64,000 nucleotides of DNA from Phoronis australis (GCA_002633005.1 NMRA01000036.1:1-64000), one strand, 5' to 3'; counted from the stretch's first letter, positions 47,840-61,155 are shown. Numbers and translations: made by a program. Notes: generated from the sequence alone by a model not told the origin.

Positions 47840-48181
47840 CAGGGCCCTCGTTCGTCTGAGGGGAAAGGTGCCTGTGCCTTCTGAGGGGATTTTTAGGGGT
47901 GAGGGGAAAATTCTACTGTACTTACCGATCACCACTCAATAGCACCCCTACCCCTGTTGGAAACCGTCATAGGCTCTGTCTCAAGTAGCCAAAACTAATA
48001 TTTTGTGCTCTTTCAAATTGTCACCTGTGGGAGTTACAAGTGATTCGAACATCGAGGTGAACTTTTCAATGGCTTGAGGGGAATTTTTGAACCTCGTGAG
48101 GGGAATTTTGTGTGATTTTCAATATTTTTCAGAGGTATGGGGCCGATATTCATCCCCAAAATTGAGGTATTGAGGACCCTG
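47840..48181. mobile_element. MITE with CAGGG(C/T)CCTC TIRs and apparent 5-bp TSD
   Basis: TAGTT|CAGGGCCCTC...GAGGACCCTG|TAGTT; internal repeated tgagggga motifs. Confidence 0.7.
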
Positions 48182-48209
48182 TAGTTTTACTGTTGCATAA
48201 GAGAGTTAA

Positions 48210-48661
48210 GGGTATGTAGGACCTTAAAAAAAATCCAAATTTAGCCAACTTCATGATTGATTGGGTTTCAATATAGAACTTGCCAGATAGTGCTATTCTT
48301 TATACAATGTTCTCGAAAAAAAAAACACTGTCCGGTATTGTTCTTGAGATGTTCTACTTTTACATGAAGTGCTATCAAAATATAGAACTTTCATGATTCT
48401 TACGAAAAAGTTAAAATGAAAACGAAATGATAATTAAAAAAACTGCTACAACTTCTGTGAGATTTCGTCTTGAACGTTTATATCGAGCCAAATTTGGTCA
48501 CATTATTGATACAGTTGTTTTTCAATTAATATATTCTTTCTTTTTGCTAAAGTTTTATTAAAATGACATGGTCATGTGACCTAAATAATAGCATTTGCAT
48601 TTTAAGTCTACTGTTTTGTGTATATTTGGCTAAATTTACAGACTTAAGGTCCTACAAAACC
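48210..48661 (+). mobile_element. TTAA-flanked MITE family A, copy 3
   Basis: TTAA|GGGTATGTAGGACCTTAA...TTAAGGTCCTACAAAACC|TTAA: clear TIRs and TTAA target duplication. Confidence 0.8.
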
Positions 48662-50243
48662 TTAAAAAGTTAGAAAAGCTAGGTGACACATGTCCAATTT
48701 CTTTCTTCACTTTGGTGACTTACAAGTCAGAGGTTTGATAGCACTTCCCCCCCCACCCTTTGAAAACTAGGTCAATCATACAACGTATTTTTACCTCTGC
48801 AAAAGAGGAGAGTTGAAATCGGGTAAGTGGGCGTTCTGCCAAACCATTACGCTCTGCTCCGTCTGTTTCAGGGTAACCAACTAATTTCAGGCGCTTGTCG
48901 TCTGCCACTATTAATGGGAAAATACAGTTAACATCAGCAAAATAGCTTATGAATTGCCAGTAATTTTTGAGTGCTCACTAAATCTAGTGAGTAACCATGT
49001 GAAGAGGATAATGACCTTTCAATCATTTAACCGACCTCTTAGTCAGTGGTATATTTGATTGCATCCTTGAGAAGATTTGGAACCAAGTGAAAAATTAGGA
49101 AACGGCTCTTTCATGCTAGTCCACTCTTGTATTTTTATATCTTCTTATTTCTGTACTTTTTCAGTCACGTCTGATGTCACTTTTAAGATTTCAGTATACC
49201 TTGTGTTTAATGAGATGTTAATTTATTTGTGTAATATTATAATTAAAGTAGGTTGAGTGCTTGACATTTTTGACATCAAAGATACTTTGTTAGTTTCTGT
49301 CTCAAATATGATAAAATCTCACTTAGTTAGGACAAGTGAGACTTTTTGTAAATGATTGATAGCCTCATCAGAGGGTAAACATTTCACTAATTTAGGGCAC
49401 ACTATGGCAGACAAGGGACACTTTATTTCTTCACTTTTCCTAAGGATGAGTAGCGCCAAATAAATTTTTTGTCCTAACCTCGCCAGACAGTGTTTAAAGA
49501 AATGTGTCAAATAGTTTAAATTTTATTTTCTCGTTTTTTGTAAATAACATACAGTACCAAATTGATACTTTGCCACATCCAAGTTGTGTACAGAAGGGAC
49601 CAGCAAACGATATTTTAAAAGATTGAGGGCATTCACAATGATATTAAAGATGTTAGAAGCCCTTGAAACATGAAACAAATGCAATTCTGGTCATTGTTTT
49701 TGTCCATAATTTGGAGATTTTACCATAGCCTTGACCATGTGTTCAAGTTCATGCTGCCAGTACATTCTGGATTGGTTTCACTTAGGCTGTTCATATGTGT
49801 GAACATATGTAAGTCATTACAGCTTGTACTTGTCAATCTCCAATTGTGACAGTTCATTTGATCTAAGTCCACTTATTGGCTTGTTAGGTGCAATTAACCA
49901 TTGTTGTCATAGGCTTGTATAGCAAATGTTTGATATTTGGTCATATGAGTCCTTGTGCTACACTGAAAATTGCTGCTAAAATCAACAGCAGGTGCGAAAT
50001 CTCCTGTGGGGTATAGTCAGCTTTGTTGCATACTCCAGGTTCTACTTGGATCCCTGGAGTGTTGCATCTGGAATTCTTCAGCCATAGGTCTCAGAGCAAG
50101 GTCATGAACAATGGTGTTTATTGGCAGTTTTGCTGGTCTGTGGAATGAATGCTCCAGGTAGTTTCCAATAATTTGACACAGTTGGAACAAACCAACTAAA
50201 ACAACCAAAAATCCTGTTTAATAATTCAGCATCACCTCTGGGG

Positions 50244-50612
50244 CAGGCCTTTCTAATCTTTGTACTCGAAATCGAACTCAAAATTATTTTTGACATTTTC
50301 TTATCTACTTTTGTGAGAGCTTATAAGATAACTGGCTATTGGTCTGCTTCGTTTCTGCATGCGAGCTTCTAGTCTAAGTTTGCACTTGGGTCAGAAACTC
50401 AAGTAAAGACTCAAACTTTTTAGTTCACACTCGAACTTTTAGCCCTAATGCTGTGGTGCAAACTAGGATTAGAAAATTATTCGTGTGCGCCATGTTGTTC
50501 TCGAACATAGAATAAGTGTCACTTATTTTGACTTCACACAAAAGTGGAGTAGAAAATGCCAATAATAATTTCAAATTCAATTTCGAGTGAAAAGATTGGA
50601 CCGTGAGCCCTG
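50244..50612. mobile_element. Palindromic MITE family B, copy 3
   Basis: CAGGC...GCCCTG ends; long imperfect inverted arms (actcgaaatcgaactcaaaattatt / aataatttcaaattcaatttcgagt). Confidence 0.7.
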
Positions 50613-53600
50613 AACAACAGCCAGCTATTGCCAACCCCCTAGCCAATATTGACTAAACCAAACAGATAGTTAACCAACCAACCATCTGAATGACCAGCCA
50701 ACTCACCTGAGGGGCAGTCAACTAACTGGCTTAAGTCAACCCCCTTACAAATAGGTCATTTCAGATAATTGGCTTCCTTGGTTATCAAGGATCAGATTTC
50801 TTCAGTAACTTTTTAAGTATTACCAGTAATACTGCTTCCATAAAAATAAATATTTCAAAATCTTTAGTAAGCAAGCAGTCTAATTACTTACACAGTTTTC
50901 ATGTTTTTTTGTTATTTTTCATGGAGATCGCTGTATTTCCTCTAACTTGCAAATTCTGTCCCGTTATTCCTCTACCTACAAAAGACTGGAATTTTACCCT
51001 GAGAGCTCATCCGTCAAAAATCAAAACTCCTGTTTTTTTAAGGAATGTTGACAGCAGCTGATTTCTCCTGCTAAAAGGCCTTGAAATGAAATACGAGCAA
51101 GCTTCAAAGATTGGCTGAAAGTAACTGAATTACACCAGCCAAAACAATTTTGTTCAGATCTTATTTTTTAAGTAGTTGCTATGTGTAATAATGCCAAACC
51201 ACTTGCGAGATTGAATTTGACTGTTTTTTTAATAATTGGACAGCGTAAAATGATTTCAAAACTTTGTTACTTGGTTATGATAGTCTATGTTACAAACTGG
51301 ATGCTTGCAGAGTTGGTAACGGATGTCTGGCCTGACTCATTAAGCTGAACTAGGTAGAGTTTTGTTGGGAATGGACCATCACAGGTGATGATAGGTTGAC
51401 GTGTGAAGCATTTCCTCAATGGGGTTGGTATGCACTTAGGAGTTTTGAGACCTAAAACATACAGCCACCCTCTTTTTAGGTGATTGAGGAGAGAACCCTT
51501 GTTAGCTAAAACTAGGGTGAGATGAAATAAAAATGTTTGAATATCTCTCAAAAGCTGATATACGTAGGAGTCAATAGTTTTTAAGAACTTCTTGAAGAAA
51601 AATTTTGAACTCATGACTCTTCCTGTATTCATAATTCAGCACTTGTTGTTATAATTACTTTTCCTGAAACTGGGTTGCGTTCCGTACTGTTGTAAGCTGT
51701 GCTCTTGCGCCAAAAAATCTTCTCTTATGAAACGGAAATAGTGAATTTTGTCGGATAATCATGAATTGTGTAATTCAACATTCCAACCTCACTCACTGAT
51801 CCATTCAGTGACTGCCATTATGCTGGGTTACATTGTTAAAGTCCCAAACACCCGCTTTTCACTCTCGTTTGCATGATCCAGTAAATGTAATTGGTTGCGA
51901 GGGTCACTTTTGATGGTAATTTTCTGGCAGTTTCAGTTACTCCAAAAGTAGTTTTGTTTCACTAGCACTTTTGTAGCCTGTCCATTTATTTCTTATTTTG
52001 AAGGATACCCATGTGCAGTAGGCCTATGTTTATAGTTGGTTGCTGGTTGGGTTGTTCACTTTATGGCTGAGGAAATAATCCCTCAGTGACAAAGCAGTCT
52101 GTCTGGCTTATATATTAAACGCTAGCATTTTCGCCACTCATCGGATAAACTGGTAGCGTTTCCGCCACTCAAGTGATTCTGGTATTTATTCGTTTACTAA
52201 TACCTCCAGATACTTCAGAGAAAGGAACCCCCACCTTTCTCAACAAGGTGCATTATCCACAAGCTGTGTCTATGGACATTAGTGGTTATGTCATCAAGGA
52301 GGTGCACATCTTCTCTCTACCTAATTGCTACAATGTAATGGTTAGTGATGCTTAAGGTAACAGACTCCCAGGGGAGCTGGCCTGCCTCTGTGGTTTTGGG
52401 AAAAATTGTCTTGTTGAGTTTGGCAAAACTTCAGTTGAGGACAGTATGGCAGATAGATGGTGTTTCCATTTCCACACAAAAAACTTTTGAGAAAAGTTCA
52501 TTATGCTTTTGGAATGTTCTGTACAGCGTAGATCTCGTCAAACATTAGGTTTGGTATAGTCTGTACAGTATAGATCTCATCAAACATTGCAAAGGTTTGG
52601 GTCTGACCCTACATTGCTTCACATAAATCATCATAACATGTCCAAATGAATATTATTTTTACGGATCTATAAACTCGTAGTACCACTTTCTAATTAACTG
52701 ACTGAACATTCATGAATATTCATATTTCCCTGAGGCTTTGTGAAATATGTAAGTTCAAGAAAATCAATCTCATTTGCAAGCTTCTCTGTTTTCTTGAATT
52801 CTGAAGTTACGGTTGATGCAACAGCATCAGCCGTAGGGCAGTTGCTTTGCAGTTTGCTGCACTATTTATAACACATATTTATTCCTAATGTTCAAACGTA
52901 ATATCCCTAGGGAGTTTGTTCATTAAAGTAATGAACACTGATGTAATACAGTTATGTCATTGTTGCATAATCTAGTAAAGAAATTAAACTTTCAATTGGT
53001 TGTTTAACACAATTAAAAATAAATGGATGGTTAAAAGGCCTACTATGGTGCCAAAATGATTATCTATTTTTATGTGTAAAAGAGATTGCGTTAATGAAAA
53101 ACATCAACCTATGGTGTCATAGTATATACCCGTCTTTAAGCAGGCCTGTTACTATACAGCAACCCCTTCACGAACCCCATTTAGTGCCAAAAAATTGAGA
53201 TGGCGCTCACACCAATCAAAACTTGTGACATCATTGACACAACAAATGTGGCTTTCACCATGTTTCCATCAAAACACAAAATGTCGGCTGCGCACTGTTG
53301 ATCTTGTAGCTACTGTACCAGTATGAAGACTATGGTCAAAATACAGCTAGGTACCACTGTGTGTTGAGCTCCATTGGACCCCGAATTTTTACACAGCCCG
53401 AGTTAGTTCTGCTCGTCACCTCGTGAAACTTATATCAACAAAGTAGAGCTAACAGCCGGCTGGGGTGAATTCAAAATCTGGGAGACAACTGACACTCTCC
53501 TTGCCCGTTGATACCATTTAAGTGAAAAACAATCTCATGAAAGTCATTTTCTTGCATAATTCTCTACCTTTTGTTACAAAGAATAGTCTGTCATTGCTTT

Positions 53601-55313
53601 GAAAACAGTACGCTCGTGTCACGCGGACACGCCATTTCCTAAATTTTTGCGACATTTCTCAGGAGATGATGTCAGCTTCGCAGCAGTAAAATCTAGTCGG
53701 AAATTTGGTATGCTGGTATTTAAAATTACTAAAAACAACTTGTAATGAAATGAAACTAGTTCCGATAAATTGTTATGACATGTACGCAACCTCGTGGAAG
53801 AGAAAAAGAGTTGATTGAAGAACTGGGGGGAAAAAAGAAACTGGCCAATAGGTGATGCAATATATCATGGTGCGGAAAGTCGACGTATAAGATAGCACAA
53901 TTTTAGCTGCAGAATAACGGTAGAGCGCCAATTTTTCTAACACCGGTAAATAATAGATTACTTAAGGAGGAGTTTAGATTTTAATGACTAACTAATTTTA
54001 TGTCTGATTTTATTTGGTCAGTTTTTTACCCACATCAGCGCAATGCTGTATATTAAGTTTACCAAGGCTCTTAAAATTTTGTCACCAGTTCTTCCCTATG
54101 GTGGATATAAATCTATTCCACCTGACGGGATCAGCAGGAAGTTGTACCATTGCCGCTTACATTGCTGCACCCGTATGACACTCAGCTGTTGTGCATTGAG
54201 GTTTCGGGGAACTTTTGTTGATGCGATCATGTACCGCTTAACATATCTCTGGGGCAACCGAAGGGGCTACGAATTATGGGCATTGTAATTTATGTCGCAA
54301 TTAATTACTTTCTTTGGTATGTAAGAAAATACTTGTATTTCTGGTGACAAAAGGGTGTTTTGGCCGCTGGATTATATCTTTAAGAGTCTACTCAGATTTG
54401 GGAGAAGTTAAAGAATGATCCTGCTACTTAGTGGTAAATGCCTTTATGTCCTGTCCACACAAAGCCTACCCTAGAACAGTTGCACTTGTGCAACTTACCC
54501 CACACTAAGTGGAGCGTCCACACACACACTTATCTGATAACTAGGGAATTGTCGCTCTGTGCATGACAATGGACACTTAATGTGAATACAGCGTGCAAAA
54601 GTAAACCCCGTTCGTGTGCAACCGTGGCTGATAATTACTTCCGCCTTGCCCCTGGTTTGCGGCCACCCAGGCATTGGAAGGATGCAACTTGAGAATTTCT
54701 GATGGTGTTCTAGGAAGTATTCATCTACTCCATCTTTCTATATATCCATGATGTTATCAGTCCTATGGGTGCCTAGCAATTCCAATAATGTTCTCATTTT
54801 GATTCCCTGTAGCAAATGTTTTATGTACTCAGTATTTAATTTACTTCCTGCCCACAGACAGCAGGTAAAGACTGGTTTAGTTGCAATAAAACTTTATTGA
54901 CATTTGATACATTGACTTGTGCCCTCATTGGCAACACATGAAACCAGTTAAGTTGATCTGAGGTCTCGTCATGAAAGTTGGGACTTCAGATTTAGACAGA
55001 AATTTGGTCTTGTGTTCCACCTAACTATTTCGGAAAAATAATTAAATCTCACTTTAAGAGTTAGTTACTGACATAAATCCTTTCAATTATTTCTAGACTA
55101 TGATGTGCTTGTAATTATTTGTCTAGATCTTTTTTCACCAAATTTCTAAAACAAACCCCTGGTCAATTTCAAGTCCTCCTTAAAACCATGAAGGACTTTT
55201 CCCTTTCACTTTCAGAGTCCCAAATTTGCAAAAATTTGTTTTATTCAACGTATGTGCAAAACAGTGTAGGTAAAGAGTATCGCTGTCATGCTTTTCATGA
55301 CCCTAAAATCTGG

Positions 55314-55548
55314 GTCCTGCTTCACCAAACTGTGCCAACTAACCAGTTACTATGTATTCTGTCCTGCTTCACCAAACTGTGCCAACTAACCAGTTACTAT
55401 GTATTCTGTCCTGCTTCACGAAACTTTGCCAACTAACCAGTTACTATGAATTCTGTCCTGCTTCACCAAACTGTGCCAACTAACCTGTTACTATGTATTC
55501 TGTCCTGCTTTACCAAACTGTGCCAACTAACCAGTTACTGTGTATTCT
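55314..55548. repeat. 47-bp minisatellite x5
   Basis: Unit gtcctgcttcaccaaactgtgccaactaaccagttactatgtattct. Confidence 0.97.
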
Positions 55549-55629
55549 TATCGTATTTACGTTTAACAAGAAAGTAGCTCAAAATTTTTAGATAATGGAA
55601 ATCACTGGCAGAGTTATTCTTTTATTTAA

Positions 55630-55942
55630 ACCTGCATTTCACCCTGATTAGCTGTCCAAAATGAAAACCTTATTGAGCCTTTTACTCTCATAAATTGGTA
55701 TCGTGATGTTGACTGTGGTGATAGGATTCTATTTCCGTTACCAACAAGGACATCGAAGCCATCAGCAACTCAATCAAATGCTAAAACTGGAAATTCAAAA
55801 ATGGTACTTGTACACATTGCCTATGATTTGAGTTTTTGTCTTATTGGGCAACAATTCGAGATGGAATGAGTGTGTTAAATGTTTTAACTTGAAAGAGCTT
55901 GGATTGAACAGTGACAAGTAAAACAGACGGTGAAATGCAGCT
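55630..55942. mobile_element. MITE family D, copy 1
   Basis: TIR ctgcatttcacc / ggtgaaatgcag; inverted homologue at 59170-59470. Confidence 0.7.
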
Positions 55943-56529
55943 TTACCAATAGAGTCGCAACTTTTAACTGAAACAGGAACCTGGCAGTATGAGACAGAAT
56001 TTGAGTCAATTTAATAACTAATGAGGTCAGCTGATACTAGAAATTTAAAAAAATCACTAAATGCCCTATTTCAGTAATTGAAGTAAGTATTCTGACTATT
56101 GGCAAAGCACTAACACCCGTCTTGGTGCAAACAACTTTGGATCGATCACTCTGGATAAAAAGTGAGCAATATGAAATCTGACACAAAATTGATATTAAAA
56201 ACTACTCTTGACAAAACTAAATTGGTTTCTGGTGTGAAAACAGTGGTGTTAATCTGTTATTCTGCAGTTAAATTTGTGGAGCAATCTGGTGCGTTAACTT
56301 TGAGTGCCAGGGATAGACTGCCATCTGATAGTCAATTTCCGTTTTTGCCAACTCTTCAAACCCCTATTTTTTAAAGAGATATGCAGCTTCCTAATTATAA
56401 TTTTTCAATGTTCATTACTTATTTTGTCACTCATGACTAACTATAAGTCGTGCTTACAAATTACATCAGGATAATGTAAATAATAAGACAGCAAGTGGGA
56501 GTTGTCAGGGGGCAACTTGCGCCACTTTA

Positions 56530-56914
56530 AGACGCATTATCACCACATTGTATCACAAACTGGATCAGCATGAGTCATGTACAGGAAGACTGTCTGAGCA
56601 TGCTTGCATAAACAATAGCGAACGTACAAACCACGTGGAATGCTAGCATGTTAGCGAATCAATGGTATCTACGCTATTACCCAAGCGTAACAGAGATGAT
56701 CCCTTCCACCTTGTCCCAGTTTGTTTGGCGTGTAATTGAAACTGAAGCAGCTAGTTGAGTGCAACTTGCTCTACCCCTCAAACTGGTGTCAAAAATTGCC
56801 ATGTCGGTGTCAACTTGGTCCGTTATCAGTCGTGTTCACACACACACACTTGCGCCCGATCAGCTGTTCAGTGTTAGCTGCTCCGTGACAACTGTCTCCT
56901 GTGTAAATGCGACT
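56530..56914. mobile_element. Degenerate MITE with imperfect TIRs (possibly Harbinger-type)
   Basis: ttaAGACGCATTATCAC ... GTGTAAATGCGACTtaa; interior resembles ~54450-54560. Confidence 0.5.
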
Positions 56915-57790
56915 TAACTTCGCAGTTTATGTCGACACTCCTCTTATACCATAGTGAAGTTGGTATGAAAGGGCTTTAACAAAGATTTGCATGCTCAATT
57001 AAGTCATGCTTTTATGGATAGGTTTGACTTGTTGGTTGGCTGGTGTAAAGCACCTCACCTAGCCTAGTCTTAGTAGCAAGGTCTGTAAATGGTATATTCT
57101 CGTACTGTTCAGTGTAATCTCCAGAACAACATAGTTTTGCTTGTTTCCTGTCAACTAATAATCGATCACTGGTATTCACCTCTTTCACGAACGCGGGGCG
57201 CTGCTGTCGTGTTGATCGAAAACGAGGCGCCTTGACAAACATGGCATCGTCCTGCAAGGTGTTGTGGTCAAAAGACTTATCAACGTTACCAAAAATTAAG
57301 TTGTCTGATGTTGAATCGATCTCCAAAAACATACCAATACTTATGGCAACTAGACTTTTACCATCCTCAGCCATTCCTTAGTAGTTTTCCCTCTTTTGAA
57401 AAAGTGTTGAAGTCAGGGATATACCCAGGCTTTTAGTCTTGAAAAACCTTGCTCGCCAGCTGGGCGAGTGCCGGAGCCAGAAAATCTACTCGCCAAGCCC
57501 GAAGTTCGGTCACCCGGCCGTTGGCGCCAGTCACCACAAACTTGCTGCTACTTTAAATAAAAATCATCGTTTCGTGCACTGATGTCACCATCTATTAGGG
57601 CTACCGTATTCGCTCTAATCGCCCAGGGGGACTCTTTTTGTAGCCTACGGCAGTTAAAACCTGGTCTCCGAAACGGGTGAAATCGGAAGCTAGGATTCAT
57701 CAAATTTACGCGCTGTGACGTATGTGTAACCTATGACAGACTAGCTACAAAACTGTGGTGCATTGCTATCAAACTCTGTTGTTAAATTAC

Positions 57791-58124
57791 NNNNNNNNNN
57801 NNNNNNNNNNNNNNNNNNNNNNNNNNNNNNNNNNNNNNNNNNNNNNNNNNNNNNNNNNNNNNNNNNNNNNNNNNNNNNNNNNNNNNNNNNNNNNNNNNNN
57901 NNNNNNNNNNNNNNNNNNNNNNNNNNNNNNNNNNNNNNNNNNNNNNNNNNNNNNNNNNNNNNNNNNNNNNNNNNNNNNNNNNNNNNNNNNNNNNNNNNNN
58001 NNNNNNNNNNNNNNNNNNNNNNNNNNNNNNNNNNNNNNNNNNNNNNNNNNNNNNNNNNNNNNNNNNNNNNNNNNNNNNNNNNNNNNNNNNNNNNNNNNNN
58101 NNNNNNNNNNNNNNNNNNNNNNNN
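57791..58124. other. Assembly gap
   Basis: 334 N. Confidence 0.99.
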
Positions 58125-59169
58125 GACTGGGCGAATGGCTAAGTATATCCCTGGGAAAGATACCGACGAGATATTACTGGAATTGGTACGTTCAGGCACT
58201 GCACAGTACACCATGGCCAGCTGATGATCACTCACGAGGTTTTATCAGTGTGCCTCGTTTTCGATCAGTATTTAAAGATGGTGCGGGAAGATGGCGCTTT
58301 CGTGAAATAGGTAAATTGCCTAAATTACACCTGCCCTATTTACAAAATTCAGTCTCTGGTGAAACCTAATGCTATCTTCTTAAAACCTGAACTGATTTAG
58401 TAGTAAGTGTGCCATGGTTACTAGGAATTATTCATTTGCGCAATGAGTTAGGAGTTGTACGAATACAAAAATAGGACCAACTCAATGCTTTATAGGCAAC
58501 TAGGAAAATGTTTACAAGATATAAAAGTACCAAGCAGTGGAAGCAATACCATGTGGTAATCTTCTAGGTTGCCTCAGGTTTAATTTGCCCACCAGTGAAG
58601 ATACCTGGACGTGTCCCCGGATGATGTCACTAAGACAAAATTCAAGTTACAACCTACGTATGACCTTGCCTTGGAGAGCGAAACGCCTGCTAGATTTAGC
58701 GGCACATGCATGACAATGGAAGAACCCCTGATGTCATGGATAGCTGTGTATTGCAACACCTGGATATAGTTTTCTGTTTTCTACACACTATCACAGACCA
58801 GAACTAGAGTGAATTGATACAAGCCAACCAAATTAAGATACAATGCGAGTTGTACTTTTTACTCCCAGTGCGCAGTTAAGTGGGGCATGGTTGGCATGTC
58901 CATTGATTTTAACAGAATTACATACACGTGGCGTGGAAGGGAATCGCCTTACAAACTGGAAAAGTCCATTTCATATCTTTTGGTGGTTCGAGGTCATGTC
59001 AATATAACCGTTAAAAGCTAACAACAAAATGGGGAAATTTATACATACACATACACTTAATTTTACTTATTCCTTATCATAATTGACAAGTTATTTAGCA
59101 CAAAAATAATTACTAAAATTGATTTTTTTCTATTTTTCAAAGGGTGATTATCTCGCTGTAAATAATGAA

Positions 59170-59470
59170 AACTGTATTTCACCCTGTTTAGCTGGTTAAA
59201 CATAAAAATCTCGTTAGAGAAATTTTACTTTCATTAAAGCTGTCTCTTAATATTCCTTACCAACTCGCATCACAGGCAATGAATGCATCCATGTGTCCAT
59301 TTTGAATTTGCCATTTTATAGTTGAAAAGCCCCGATAAACTTTGAAGCATTTTCTTTTGTCATTTTGATGTTCCTGTTGGTAATGGAAATAGAAACCAAT
59401 TTATGGCAGTAAAAGACTGTAATATAATATTTGTTTCTTGGCTATGAGCTCCACTGGGCGAAATGCAGCT
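59170..59470. mobile_element. MITE family D, copy 2 (opposite orientation)
   Basis: ctgtatttcaccc / gggcgaaatgcag ends; tgttggtaatggaaatagaa is the reverse complement of the copy 1 interior. Confidence 0.7.
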
Positions 59471-60090
59471 TCAAATACCGTACACCATATCCACATCTTT
59501 CCTTAAGTGTTTATGACGATACATCGCCATCATACGAAAAGACAAGGATTTCAATGTGTTCTGTCCTTTATATTTTATGACTTCCATCCTCGATTGTCTT
59601 GATAAAGATAATTCTTTCAGCTTTACTTGTAAGTCATCTTTCTCCACTTGGTGTTCTAGTCAAAGACGCACGAGAGCACAAATCACATCAAATCCCACCT
59701 GTGTTCACTCTTTCTAAGCATACTTCACAGACAGTAAATTCTCAGGATAACTGTTAAGTTATTAGGCAAATCATAACCATATCTGACCAGTCATCCTGCA
59801 TCTAGGCCGCAGCACTCTTCATCAAAGATGTTTGAAAGTGCACGATGTCTCGAGTTTGCCTATATGTTCTCCTTATAAATTTATACTTCAGTGCTGGCCA
59901 AGTTTGCTGAGATGTGGTCTTTGTTCATTGTAATCTCAGAAACTTTTTTGACACAGCCATGTCTTTGTTTGGTTCAAGAGCATATTACCACATGAATTCC
60001 TGCGTTTTTTACGACCTTTTAAATGTAGCTGTATAGGCAGCCATGTTTTGTGTTGACTGCTGATTGTCATGCTTCACAAATTTAATCATT

Positions 60091-61155
60091 TCAAGAGCAA
60101 GACGTCGTGTCGTCCATTGGTGCCATGGAAAACTCCGTTGTTGATACCACATGTCGCTTAGGTTTGGCCTCGCAGCGTAACAGTTTAGCAAAGCCTTGGC
60201 GAAAGTTAACAGATAAGAATGCGTACAATATCGGATTGATGCAAGAGTTGGCAAAAGCCATTGTATTTGAAAATACTGTTATAAACACTGGTGGCCTAAA
60301 TCCATATGACGCAATGATAAGCATGAGCTGTAGGGGGAGCCAGCATATGACAAATGCCATTACGACAACAAAAACCATACGTGTAGCACGCTTCTTGGAG
60401 CGCAGGTTCTCCTTTGTCTGGCTTTCCTTGATGGTTCCTCCAGCCTTCAGCGCTCGTAGGATGAATGTATAAAGCACACTTATAATTAGAAGTGGTAGTA
60501 CAAATCCAAATGTTAAGAAACAAATGTGGAAGATCTTCATCTGCTCGACTTTTTCTGGTATTGGCTTCATGTCCTGTTCTGAGAACGTGATGAAACCACA
60601 TAGTGACCGTTGCTGGCAATTGTAGATGTATCTGAACTTTCCAAAATGAAGATAGGCCGGAATATTAACGAGGGCAACTCCTATCCACACAGTCGCGATG
60701 GCAACAGAGATATTCCTGCGCGAGTGAAGAAACTTCAGCGACAGTATGGGGAATACTATAGCCACATAGCGAACCATCGACATGATGACTAACGTATATA
60801 TGCTTGCCCATGCCGTCATATACAGCAGGTATTGAACAATCTTACACGACTCGTCTCCACCTACCCATGCCGGATACGCATATCGCATGGCCGTGAATGG
60901 CACAACGATACACAGAAATGTCAAGTCTGCCAGCGCCAAATTAGTTATGAGAAGGTTAGTAGCACTTCGCATGTGTTTGTTCAACGCTACGACGATGATA
61001 ACCAAAGAGTTACCTGGGATTCCAACGACCATGATAATGGCCCATAGTGTGATGGCTACAACAGCGACTATCTGCTCCTCCCCGGGTTCTAGGGTCGGAG
61101 GCAGGGTTTCATTACAGTAACTTGCATTAAATGTTCCATTTGTCTCATTCTCCAT
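60091..61155 (-). CDS. Rhodopsin-class neuropeptide GPCR, allatostatin-A/galanin receptor-like, 354 aa
   Basis: Seven hydrophobic segments with GN (TM1), NLALAD (TM2), CKIVQY and ASIYTLVIMS-MVRY (TM3), FVLP..Y (TM5), FVICWLP (TM6), NSCINPILY (TM7) and NFR helix 8. Four N-terminal N-glycosylation sequons. ATG is in GCCATGG context 15 nt after a ttttcttccattacag acceptor; the ORF-track TTG start at 61170 is only the exon boundary. GPCR class is secure; the subfamily is inferred from motif resemblance. Confidence 0.93.
   Translation of the reverse strand: MENETNGTFNASYCNETLPPTLEPGEEQIVAVVAITLWAIIMVVGIPGNSLVIIVVALNKHMRSATNLLITNLALADLTFLCIVVPFTAMRYAYPAWVGGDESCKIVQYLLYMTAWASIYTLVIMSMVRYVAIVFPILSLKFLHSRRNISVAIATVWIGVALVNIPAYLHFGKFRYIYNCQQRSLCGFITFSEQDMKPIPEKVEQMKIFHICFLTFGFVLPLLIISVLYTFILRALKAGGTIKESQTKENLRSKKRATRMVFVVVMAFVICWLPLQLMLIIASYGFRPPVFITVFSNTMAFANSCINPILYAFLSVNFRQGFAKLLRCEAKPKRHVVSTTEFSMAPMDDTTSCS

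Noticed and set aside
57012-57374. 120-aa minus-strand ORF (MAEDGKSL...)
   Set aside because: No recognisable family; its middle overlaps a short repeat also present inverted at ~58250; probably a chance ORF, though not excluded without a search
57741-58369. Long ORFs spanning X runs (also 6671-6978)
   Set aside because: Artefacts of translating through N gaps
60107-61120. Plus-strand and alternative-frame ORFs overlapping the GPCR
   Set aside because: Shadow ORFs of a real coding sequence with no independent motifs
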